Assembly: GCA_965112155.1 (NCBI GenBank)
Contig: OZ218114.1
Direction: 5' to 3' (one strand)
Length of the DNA stretch: 64,000 nt
Origin: Podarcis liolepis
Lineage: Eukaryota
Made by a program: the position numbers and the translations under genes
In this document: positions 37,312-48,385 of the stretch, one piece after another
Position numbering within the stretch: position 1 is the stretch's first letter
Layout: each line of letters starts with the position of its first letter
The notes under the pieces: generated by a model
The model's input: only the letters and a program-made list of their open reading frames with translations
The model's database searches: none
Told to the model about the DNA's origin: nothing

Positions 37312-37609
37312 GGGTGACGCTGTGGGTTAAACCATAGAGCCTAGGACTTGCCGATCAGAAGGTCGGCTGTTTGAATCCCTGCGACGGGGTGAACTCCCGT
37401 TGCTCGGTCCCTGCCTGCCAACCTAGCAGTTGGAAAGCACATCAAAGTGCAAGTAGATAAACAGGTACCGCTCCGGCGGGAAGGTAAACGGCGTTTCTGT
37501 GCTCTGCTTGTACACCAGTTCCCTTGGCCAATAAAGTGAGGTGAGGGCCGCAACCCCAGAGTCGGTCACGACTGGACCTAATGGCCAGGGGTCCCTTTAC
37601 CTTTACCTT
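37312..37609 (+). mobile_element. Sauria SINE, slightly 5'-truncated with an internal deletion
   Basis: Matches the 36261 copy but lacks the gccagaagcggcttagtcatgctggccacatgaccc segment; possible TSD TAGGG(G). Confidence 0.9.
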
Positions 37610-38578
37610 TAGGGGATCTTTTCAGCCATAATGGAGATTGAACTCACTATATAATTAGGGGAAATATTGTGCAGGACTCCTCTAACCAGCATCTGACAGG
37701 GTGAAGGGTATCGTGAGTGAAACTTGCTATGATTAAAGTGTCCAAGCAGTAATTATACATATATTGGAATATAAATTAAAACAATTTTACTTGTGAGCTT
37801 AGACTATATAACCATGCATCTTATTTGAGCCCCTCAGTTATCAAATGTGGCAGTAAAATATCCATCTACCTTCAGAGAAAATGTATCCACTGACCTACCC
37901 TGTTATCCTTCTGGAACCATCTTGAGTAACTCAAGAAATGTGTTGTGAAAGACATGACTAATCAAGGCTTCTCTGTACAAGGGAACAGAATTTGTCTTAG
38001 GTGAATGCCCTCCTCTCTTTAATATTCATCATGTAAATAAAGTAGGGGTGTTGCTACTCACAGCATTTATAGCAAACTTTAATGGACATAAACAACTGTG
38101 GATCAGTGTCTGATTATTGTTTACAATCCCATTTAGTCAACACTTAGATAATAACAAGGATTTCCAAAATGCCCCTCTGTCAATTTCATTTTATTCAGAT
38201 TTATATCCTGCCTTTGGACAGTATTCTTCCAAATCGCACACTGTTATCTAGACATGATTCAGCACCTTAAACTCCCCTCTGGACTAAGTTTGTAGTGCAT
38301 AACTGTTCTCCAGACCTATCCATGAGACGACCTTTTGAGTAGTATTTCTAAGCTTATTTTATTTCTTTATTTTTAAAAATGTGTTTGCTGCTCTGGAAAT
38401 CAATTTAGGAAGCAGTGTGCAGTTGTGTTGTGCAAATACAAGTCTTGGAAAGGAAAGCAGAGTGCCCGTTAGACACAAGTACGTATTTAGACACTTGCTG
38501 TTCTTATGCAACTGATTCCAGCTTCTTTAATTCCAAGTGACTGAACAGTTGCATGCAGTCGGAAAGTTAACTCTCATT

Positions 38579-38609
38579 TCTCTCTCTCTCTCTCTCTCTC
38601 ACTCACACA

Positions 38610-38660
<51 letters not shown>
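38579..38660. repeat. Compound microsatellite (TC)11-(AC)~13-(AG)17
   Basis: Read directly from the sequence. Confidence 0.95.
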
Positions 38661-38664
<4 letters not shown>

Positions 38665-40812
38665 TGCAGGAAAATGGGAATGCTTCCTAATCAAAAATGA
38701 AGAATAAAATATTTTAAAAGCCAAATGGGAAGTATAATAAGAAGAAACCAAGACATAATTGTTCTCATGTTTCTTGACTACTAAGAATGCCATTCGGTGA
38801 CATTTTTAAGTCTACCGGGATTCTGATATAAATGGACTGGTTGAACTGATCAGTTTCCTTTGTGGAGTGGGCGGAGGAAATAAAAAACCATTTGCTTCAT
38901 AAAAAATTCAGCATTGCCCTTTTTACTTTTCAGAAAACAAGGTTTTCTTTAAGTGAAAGAAGAAAATCCTCTGAAAAGAAACAGATTGGAGGAGATAAAA
39001 ATAGCTTTCTAAATGATGCTTTTGAGGAGTCAGCTTGCATTCTTGTACTACAAGTGTGACCTTAGGGCCCAGAGATGCAGTCTTCTGAATTCCAGTAGTA
39101 GCTTCAAAGGCATGTTTGTTGTCACTAATCAGTAATATTTCTTCCTTCAGCATATAATTTTATCAGTAGTGTCCACTTGACTTGGTGATTATCAGCCAGC
39201 TGCAGTCTCTACACACAAATGCACAATCTAGTTACGATCCAGACCCAATTATTTGGTTGGGTGCGGGGCGGGTTAGAAGCTCCTAATTCACATCAGATTG
39301 CTGCTGACACACTGCATTAGTGCAAATATTTTCTCGAGCCAAACTCCCCCCAACCTGGACAAAAACAGTGGCAACGTGTGAACACTGACACACCTCGACT
39401 CCACAATGGGCGCAATTCACTGGGAGCTACACTTGCGTCAACTTGATTGGAAAGAGGTGTTGCAAATGTGCATTCAATGGCACACTTGTGCTGTTAGCAA
39501 AATCCCATTTCTTTCACTGAGCTTGCACCCGAGACGTTTCCAGTGGACCATGTTCGGTTGACCTTTATATTTGGATATTTATAATTGACTCCCTATGCAT
39601 CTCTAATGTGGGACTTTCCAGGGTTATGGCTGCCTTCGTGAATACATCTCAACGTAATTCTTTTCCAGTCAAGCTAAAGCAAACATTTATGCAAATATAC
39701 TAACCAAATACACTAATATACCAATTCTGGGTCCCCTTTATCTTTGTGCAGTGAGCTAAGCCTCCTTAGGGAAGTTCACAGCCTCGAGCTGTGATGTCTC
39801 CCTAAGAGATAGCAGTTATTCATTCCCACCTAAAAACTGCAAAGAGATGAAGTTGCAAAGGTATCCCCACAAGCCCCAGAGCTGCAGTGTGTGACAGTTT
39901 CATTAATGTGGCCGGCGGAAGGCATAGCTTAGTCAGGGCCACTCGCAGCTCAGGCGTACAGGTAAATGTGTGCCTGAACACTCTTCACCTTACAGCTAGG
40001 CAAGGAAAGCCTACCGTGATTTACAATAATTATACCTCCTCAGGCGCATGGAATTTTGCATCCTGTGGGGGGGGGACCACAACAAAACAAAACTTACCCA
40101 CTCAGAGAGGGAAGCTTAGTACACACCTTTCTTTTACTTGCAAATGACATTCTCCATCAAAGTTTGTAAGGCCAGCAGCTCTTCCTTTGCTATGAGAATG
40201 TGCACAGCTTAGCTATTAACAGAAGCACCTGCAAGCTATTGTTTACAAGCTAAAGCAGCTGACACAATTGATAGTGGCTCCTTCACAGTAAAATGTCAGT
40301 GTGTTTTCTCCAGCATCACAGAAGCTGCGTTCCCAACTACCCACGGAGCCTTACCTATTTCAGATTAGCATTCAGACTCCTGTTCAATCTTAGCAGAGCA
40401 GTTCAGCAACTGCAGCCCAGATATTTTGGGAGGAAAGGTACCAGCTCAAATCTGGGCAAGTAGTAGCTTGGCACTCTGCATCTTAAAATTAATTTTTTGA
40501 CTGTGCTGTGTTGTATAATGGGTGGTTTTGGAAGCCGGTTTTACATTGGCAATCAGTCTTACACAGAGGAAAAAGTGTTTTCCTTCACTTTTTTTAAAAA
40601 ATCACAATTATCCTTTGCAGCCTATCAGCCTGAGCAATATAAGGGGAGCATGCATCTACTACCCTCTGGCCATTTCCCAGTTCAAAAACAGCCTCTCTAA
40701 ATCTATGTTTCATACACTCCTTCCTCATGGTAGGAAAGAAATCGGGGGGGGGGGGGGCTGCTGTTGGAAAGAGACAGCAAGTAGGAATAGGGTCAAGGAG
40801 TCTCTTCCCACA

Positions 40813-40846
40813 TTGTTGTTGTTGTTGTTGCTGCTGCTGCTGCTGC
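40813..40846. repeat. (TTG)n-(CTG)n compound trinucleotide repeat
   Basis: Read directly; source of the poly-L, poly-Q and poly-C runs in spurious ORFs. Confidence 0.9.
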
Positions 40847-41241
40847 TCTTCTCTTCTCTCTCCAGTGCAGTTTTTTGGTATAAAAACACACACCACCGGT
40901 AGCAAAAGGCAATGGGACTTCATGTGACACCCAGCTTTCTCCATCAACTGCCATCTCCTTGCAGCCTTTGGCTGAGAAGCACCCAAACTTTCCCGCAAAT
41001 GAATCATTTTTTAAAAAACAAATTGAAAAGTGGCAGCTATAAAAACCAAACGTCATGTTTTGCCAACCAATTTTGCTGAGAAGAAAGTTCCAGGCAGGGG
41101 TTTCTGCCTCGCTGCATTGTCAACTTTGAGATGGCTTTCCATAAAACAGATCACGCCAGAATATTTTTAAATGCAACAACTCTCAATCTCCATGTGCTGC
41201 TGCTGTAGTTTTGAAAAGAGCACTTCAAGATAGTCCTAAAT

Positions 41242-41424
41242 CTGACTCCCCAACCTGGTGCCCTTCAGATTTTGAATTTTAATTTTGGACTGCAACTCCC
41301 AATGGCTACAGCCAGTATGAGCATTTAGGTGATAATGGGATTGATGGGAGCACAGCCATCCTGGTTGAGCCTGATGAGAGCTGTCATCTAAAATATTTGG
41401 AGGGCACCAGTTTGGGGCAGGCTG
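41242..41424. mobile_element. Palindromic MITE (family of 34891), diverged
   Basis: ccccaacctggtgcccttcagat ... atttggagggcaccagtttgggg inverted termini; ttggactgcaactccca core. Confidence 0.6.
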
Positions 41425-41918
41425 CTGTACATTGACAATAGACTGTCTTAGCCAGCATTGCCAGAATGTGCACCAAAAGCTGGAAAAACGTTTGCATTTT
41501 AAGTGTGTGTATAATCAAAGCAAGAATTGTAAACGAAAGTGATACAGAAAATTTAACAATTAATGTTTGGTGGGGGAGGGACGTGTTTTTGCATGCAGTT
41601 ATGAATGAGTGATTTCTGAATGTTTTGTTCATGTTTCATGTGTTTTCAATGGTGCAGACCTAGACATCTTTCTGACAGTCTATTGGTTGGTTGGTTTAAA
41701 AGAGGCAAAAACAAAACAAAAAAACACCCCAAAATATATTAACTGATTGGAGAGCCTCGTTTGCAAGCTAATCTGAGCAAAAAGCTTTTGTCAGATGCTG
41801 AGGGATTGACTTCTTTCGTTATTCTTTTCCCTGAGAAATTCATCCTCTGTTCTTAAGTGTTTTGTTTTCTCATCCCTTGAGGAACACAAAGAAAAATGAG
41901 TTTGTTTTTACTTGTAAG

Positions 41919-41972
41919 GCTTTACTCAGTTGCCAAATTCCGCCGAAGAGCTGGACTATGGGGATCTCTCAG
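41919..41972 (+). CDS. CADM1: CADM1 alternative exon 10: (G)FTQLPNSAEELDYGDLS
   Basis: tttgtttttacttgtaag| acceptor, CAG|gtaagg donor; 54 nt, phase 1/1; resembles the human 18-aa insert GLTQLPNSAEELDSEDLS. Not present in the ORF track. Confidence 0.93.
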
Positions 41973-43457
41973 GTAAGGGCTAGTTCTTAGGTTAAGCCAA
42001 TGTGGTTGTTCAGTCTGTGGGTTTGTTTGCTTTCCACCTTGTTTGCATCCTGGCTGCTTTAAAACAAAACGAAACAAAAATCCATTGTGCAATTGCTGTG
42101 CGGCAGAATCGCAGCTAATCAGATGCAGAGGCCCATTATTCAGAATGGCTGCTCCTCTCCTCTCCCCTCTTGCCGTTGGGCTTTTCCTCCTCCCAATCGC
42201 TTGATAAGGACAAGAATTTACCAACGTGTATAGCAGCACTCGAGAGGGGGGGAGGTGATGGGAGCGTAGAGCGCCGCGAGTTATATTACAGGTTGTCTAG
42301 TAGCTGCTGTGAGCTCAGTTGCTGGAAATAATTTTTTTGAATCCTAATTAGAGAACGGTTCGGTTGAAATTTTGTTGCATTTGTAAAACACTTAAGGATG
42401 CCAGGTTTGTGTGGGGAAAAGGGGTGAGGGGTGTGTGTCTCCAATACAACCTTGCTTGGACTCTGGGTTGCCTGTTCTGTCATGTGCTGCTGTTAAATGG
42501 ATGTGGCAGGATTCTCTTAAGTGCAGAGAGAAGAGGGAAATTATTTCATTGCATACCAGACTCTAAATGAATTATATGCCAACCTTACTTATTTGTTTCA
42601 CAGCAGATTGAATATCTTTGCCAGGAAAAGATGTAGTCCTTCTTATTTTACTATCCTATGTTGTATCCTGTCCCTTCCCCTGCCCCATTCGACTCAAGGC
42701 AGTATACATGGGGGTTACCCCATTCTTACCTTCTCAACAGCCCTTTGAATTTGACTGGTGTTTTGTCCAAGAGCCCACAAGTGAGTGGAGATTTGCTCTC
42801 CACATTCCCATAGTGGAGATCTAATGGAGATTTAACTAATCCAAGTTAAGGCTCGGCCCTTTTTTCCGATTGAGAAGTTAGGGTTCAGGCAACCGTAGTG
42901 TTTGTTTGGATATGCCATTTTCTTCAGGGAGCATACAGGGCTGGGGTTTATATGGCCTATATTTTATAATGGATAAAATGTGTTTCCATTTTGACATAAG
43001 AGATGTATACTGTACTAAGACGGAAATTACACTGTTGACTGGAGACATGGAGAGGAGTTTGTGCTATTAAAAAAAATCCATAGCTGTGTATTCCACTGAT
43101 ACTCACAGCATGAAATGAATCCTGTGTTGGCAGATCTGCTTTTTGTTTTTTAAGGTAATCTTAAAAAATACCTATAGAACCAAAAGGGGGGAAGGGATTG
43201 ACAGAACTGATATTACTAATAAAAACTCATAAGTGGCAGAAATAAAAAAGATCAACAGTTACAACATAAATTATAAAGGTGAATAACATAAGAAATGTTG
43301 GATTTTTACCTGTGTAGGAACCAATTGTTAGATGTTTTGATTGTTTTATCACGTGTGTTTGCCACCCTGTTCTCCTTTGAAAGGATGGGCAGGATATAAA
43401 TAGCAATATTAGTAGTAGTAGTAGTAATAGTAGTAGTAATTGATAGAAGCATCTAGT

Positions 43458-43834
43458 CATAGGCGCCGACTCCATGGGGCTTGAGGGGGCTCGAGCCCCC
43501 TCAAAAAATTTTTTGGGGGGGGCTCAGCCCCCCCAATAATCTCGGGCGGGCGCCCTTCCAGCAGAGCGCCGCCGCCGTCCCCCGCCTCCTCCCCACCTGC
43601 TCCTTCGCCAGCCAGCCAGCCGCGCGCCCTAATCGGAGGCACTGCCGGAAATCCCGCGAGAACAGGGGAATCCCGACTGGCCACACCTCCCAGCCAGCCA
43701 ATCGGCTGGCTGGGGGGGCGTGGCTTGCCCTATTTAGGGACGGAGCCACTTTATTTGCATATTCATGAGCTTATTTATTATTCATGAGCTTTCCCGGGCC
43801 CCCCCCCAATATTTTTTCTAAGTCCGCGTCCCTG
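43458..43834. mobile_element. GC-rich non-autonomous hAT-type element (377 bp)
   Basis: Perfect 8-bp TSD CATCTAGT (43450-43457 / 43835-43842); imperfect TIRs CATAGGCGCCGACT / AGTCCGCGTCCCTG; repeated gcccccc-aata subterminal motifs. Confidence 0.85.
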
Positions 43835-44438
43835 CATCTAGTTGGCTGTATAAAATGAGAACAGAACCAATAATTGCATTTGAACGAAAATACAAAACTG
43901 TATTTTACCTTGACATTTTTTGTTCAAATTATATCAACAGAGACCATTTTTTATCAAATTTTGCAGCAGCAAATAAATTAAATAACAGTTCTAAAGCAGC
44001 AGTTTCAAGCCATCCTCTTAAATATCCCTAAAGAATTATCTTTGGATTTAGCAAGGTACTATAAACTGCATTTTATTTAATTCTGTCCAGAACTGTATTC
44101 TGAAATTTTAGTTGGTACAGGCAGAAACAAAACATATGCATAAAATCTGCCTTAACAGAGCTCTCAACAATTGTTAACACTGGACAGGTTTTAAATAACC
44201 TCTGTGGTTTCTCTGATAAGGTATCTTAAAATAATTTTCTTTCATGTCGCCTCTTACCAATCTGATAATGACACTGTCCCAAAAGGTTCAATCTTTCCCC
44301 CATTATTTATTGTTTTTATTGTTGCTGTCTTTTGTATACTACTTTTGTGGGGGGGGGGATACCACAGCTGTTCACATATTACAACCCTCAAATACAGCAA
44401 TAACAGCAGATAGGATGAAACTCACTCAAAGCTGAAAT

Positions 44439-44694
44439 AGGCTAGCCATACATCCGGAAAATTACTGACATGTCCTGGTTTTTGAGTGCAAAAATGGCAT
44501 TGGGGGAATTTTGCTGAACTGGCTGTACTGTATGTCAATGTGATAGGAAAAGCAATGGAAACAGCTCAAAAAATCTAAAATCAGTATTTTTGGGTTAGGT
44601 TTCCCCAAAAAGCTCAGCAATCTGGGTTTGTTCCCCAAAAAAAGAGCTGAATTTTGGAGTCGGGGATTTTGCTTTTTGAAATATGGCAACCCTA
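44439..44694. mobile_element. hAT (Blackjack-like) non-autonomous element
   Basis: Termini aggctagccata / tatggcaacccta; flanks gctgaaat / gttgaaat (7 of 8 match). Confidence 0.6.
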
Positions 44695-45999
44695 GTTGAA
44701 ATATATGTTGAGAGTGGGGTCTGTTTTGGCTGCATAAAATTGCAGATTGGGTCACGCACAATGGCAAACATGAGGGACCTTCCTCTTCATTGTTTGACAC
44801 CAGGCTACAAATCCAGATTGGCTTGGCTTGATGGTTTGCTCATGAAATTCTTTCATGGCCCATCATAGCACTTTATAAGACTCATGCACTGATTTCTCCT
44901 CTCCCCCAAGCAGTCAGAGGCCCACAGTTCTTCCAAATTGAGGCCTCCTGTCGCTTGTTTTAACCTCTCTTTCTACAACACTGAACTGCTCTAACCAAGT
45001 GGGATGGGAGGGGTGCAATCCAAAGGTTCATTCTGCGTCCGTGAAACAAATTGTGATGGTGTAAAAGCATGATGGCATTCTAGCATAATCCCCATTCCAA
45101 GGTTCCTCTTGGATTCTGACCAGTATTTCTACTTCTAAGTATGTTTTGAACTCCTCTTTATAGCGTCAGGTTGAATGAGTAGGAAGAGAATTAAAACTAT
45201 ATCCCATCTCTTGCTCCTTGCCTCAGTTTATTTGGTAATGTGACAAACCCATACATTTGTGCACAAGTGAAGCAATCTCTTTGCATTTATTCACCATGTT
45301 CCAGCCGATCACATCCCATTTTTAAGATTGTGCTCCTGCTAACATGTGTTGTAGAACACGGCACAATCAAAAAGGACCTGTGTAGCCCTTCCATGTAGTT
45401 TGATTAACTAATCAAAAACTGATTAGCACCTTTGTTCATGGGGGATGCTGATTAATCAATTACTATTGATTGTAAGCATGGCTTTGTTCTCTGGCAAAAG
45501 GATGCCTAGAGAAGCAGCCAATAAAAATTGAGCACCTGTCATAGCGATTAAATTTATTAAAACAAAATACATTATTTTTTATGAAGCTATCTTGAAATGG
45601 GTCACTGAAGGGGAACATATTGATTGAGGAAGGATGAACTTCTTGAATTTCGCTCACTTAAATTAGAGACCAAATTCAATTATAATGCAAGACAAACAGG
45701 TTAACACCAGCTTTAAATAGCCCATCAATAAATTAGAATAGGTGCAGTACACTTAACGCTAAACTAGGGCAATGAATAATATTGTCTGTCCCTGGCTCTT
45801 CTAGGCCTTGGTTTTAACCTTTCTGGGTTATTATGGACATAAGCATGGCCTGCAATTCGCAGACAGAGACACCAGCCCTTCTGCCACTTTGCGTGGCATG
45901 TCCTTACACAGTGAATCCGATTCACTTGACCGGACCTGGGTGCCGTTTGAAGCTCTCACATGCCTGCTCAATATCACAGCCTCCTTTGTCAGTGTAAGA

Positions 46000-46135
46000 A
46001 AGCCTTTCTCAACCTGTGGGTCCCCAGATGATGTTGAACTACAACTCCCATCACCCCTAGCTAGCAAGGCCAGAGCTCAGGGATGATGGGAGTTGTAGTC
46101 CAACATCTGGGGGCCCACAGGTAGAGAACCACTGG
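46000..46135. mobile_element. Palindromic MITE (family of 34891)
   Basis: ttctcaacctgtgggtccccagatg..gttgaactacaactcccatcacccct / agggatgatgggagttgtagtccaacatctggggcccacaggtagagaa; spacer is the reverse orientation of that in 34891. Confidence 0.8.
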
Positions 46136-46483
46136 AGGCCTTCTCCAAATTTCATGGATTGGGCTGTGATCTAACGTGCATATTTCCATAACTGCTAGTG
46201 CTGGAGAAACAAAAGCTTCCTCCACACGCCCTTTCTCTTTGTGGCTTGTGCTGATCTCCACCCAAACCCCAGCTCCTTGTGGTGCACCTCCCATTCCTTT
46301 CAAATGCGATTTGTGTTCTTGCAAAAAGCAAGTTGTGTTGCTCTGCTTGCAAATTGGCCAGAGATAGCTTTGCTGTATGGCTATTTATCCTGAACAATGA
46401 GGTTGAATAGCTAAATGCTGGGCCCTTTAGATATTGGGGGGGGGGGTAATTATCTAGGGATTTTGGCAGGGTGGGCTCAGGAT

Positions 46484-46600
46484 TATCATAGAATTACAGA
46501 GTTGGAAGGAGCCCCACGGATCATTTAGTCCAACTCCCTACAATCCAAGAACATGCAGCATTCCCATATGGGGATCAAACTTCCAACCTTGGAGTTCTTA
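46484..46600 (-). mobile_element. CR1-type 3' end (CR1 or CR1-dependent SINE)
   Basis: atcatagaattacagagttggaagg...tttagtccaactccc. Confidence 0.6.
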
Positions 46601-47448
46601 ATTGATGATGTCCAAAGTGGGCTTTCCAAGAGGAGTTCCCAGAGGAGACAAGTCCTCATAGGACATCTGGTCCAGCATATCAGCCCTTATGGTCTGTTGT
46701 TTCACAGGTAAATTCAGTTCCAATATAGGCAAAAGCTGATGCCAAGGTCCTTGAACCAAAGCTTGATTTCCATGGCTTCCCTTACAAATTTTGAAATAAA
46801 ACACCTTCTCCACGGTGATGTCTAAAGATAAATCACCTGGCAGCATTAAGCAAAGCATTTATAGATGCACACGGGTATGTGTACGTATGTGGTGGAATCA
46901 TCATAGTATTAAAAATTCATTCCCCTTTAGAAATGGTGGAGCTTTAAAACTTATGTAGGAGGGAGCCTTAAATCGAAATGTGCCGAAATTAACAGTCATG
47001 CTGAGCCCACACAGAAGAGATCTATCAGCCCTTTGGTTTTATAGCAAAAATGTGCACGGCAGAAAATTCAGGCTTGCTAGTATAGCATTGGCTCCCCCCC
47101 CCCTTTGCAAATAGAGTGTTTTATTACCTTTGTCTACATAACTTAGTCACACACACACAAAAGTTAAACAAGGAGCAAGAAAACAAGACCCCGTGGAGCA
47201 AATGTGTTAAATCATAGCAATAAAGCATCCTGTGTCTGGGGTTCCTTAAGTACTTTTCTTCTATTGTGCCCCAGGTATTAAAAAAATAGAAGCTTCAATG
47301 TATTGAGTACCCTGCTGCCAGAGCTAGAGCAGCCCACAAAGAAGGAAGTTGAAAATGATTGGAAAGTTAAGAGTTCAGAGGAAGGCTTTGACCCAGCTGC
47401 TGAGCTCAACAGCTGCCTGCCCATCTAGCCTGTGCTTTCTAACTTGTG

Positions 47449-48385
47449 CATGAATGATCTAGACTTGGGGTGAGCAGGGAGGTAGCCAAGTTTTACTGGG
47501 GGCAAAAACAAAAAGGGATTTTGAGGAGATCCAAAAGGATCTCCCTGAAGCGGGTCAATGGGCAGTAAAATAGCAATTGCTCTTCAGTGCAAGTAAGTCT
47601 AAAGTGATGCACATTGAGGCAAAAAATACCCTAATTTCACACATATGCTCACAGGGTCTGAATTGGCCCTGACTGACTAGGAATGAGACATTGGGGTCAT
47701 AGTTGATAGCTGTTGGCTGCTGTGAAAAGGGTGACTTCCATGTTAGGGATCATTAGGAAAGGAATTGAAAATAAAACTGCTGGTATCATAATGCTATTCT
47801 ACAAATCTGTGGTGCACCCACGCTTGGAATACTATGTACAGTTCTGGTTGCCACTCCTGAGAAAGGATATTGAAGAGCTGGAAGAGGCTCAGCAAAAATG
47901 ATAACTGGAATGAAGCAACTCCCCTATGAAAAGCTTACAACATCTGGGGCTTTTTAGTGTAGAGAAAAGGCAAGCAAGAGGGTATGTGCTAGAGGTGTGT
48001 ATGATGATGCAGGGCATGGCAAAATTGGGTTTCATGAATACTTAATCCAATGAAACTGGATGGTGGAAGATTCTGGACAGACATTAGAAAGTACTTCTTT
48101 AGACAGCACATTGTTAAAATGTGGAATTAGCTTCAACCAGATATAATGGCAGCTTTAAAAGAAGACATTGAGGATAGAGGCTCTTAGCCACAGTGGCCAA
48201 GTTCTCTGTCCACTGTTGGCTGCAATGGGCCTGTGAATACCACTTGGTGGGAATCACAGATGAGACGAGTGATGCTGCACTAAGGTCCTGCTCTGTGGGC
48301 TTCCCACAAACATGTGGTTGGCTGTTGTGAGAATAGGATGCTGCACTAGATAGATGTGGTCCAACAGGGCTCTTGTCTCTTGTAG
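47449..48385 (+). mobile_element. CR1 LINE fragment (end of RT ORF2 plus 3'UTR), degraded
   Basis: SMLGIIRKGIENK...LFYKSVVHPRLEYYVQFWLP.LRKDIEELE (ORF 47713), upstream aagtctaaagtgatgcacatt (KxKVMH), 3' end ggatgctgcactagat...cagggctctt. Confidence 0.88.

Noticed and set aside
40522-41056. ORFs with poly-Q, poly-L, poly-C and poly-A/T runs
   Set aside because: All derive from one (TTG)n(CTG)n microsatellite.
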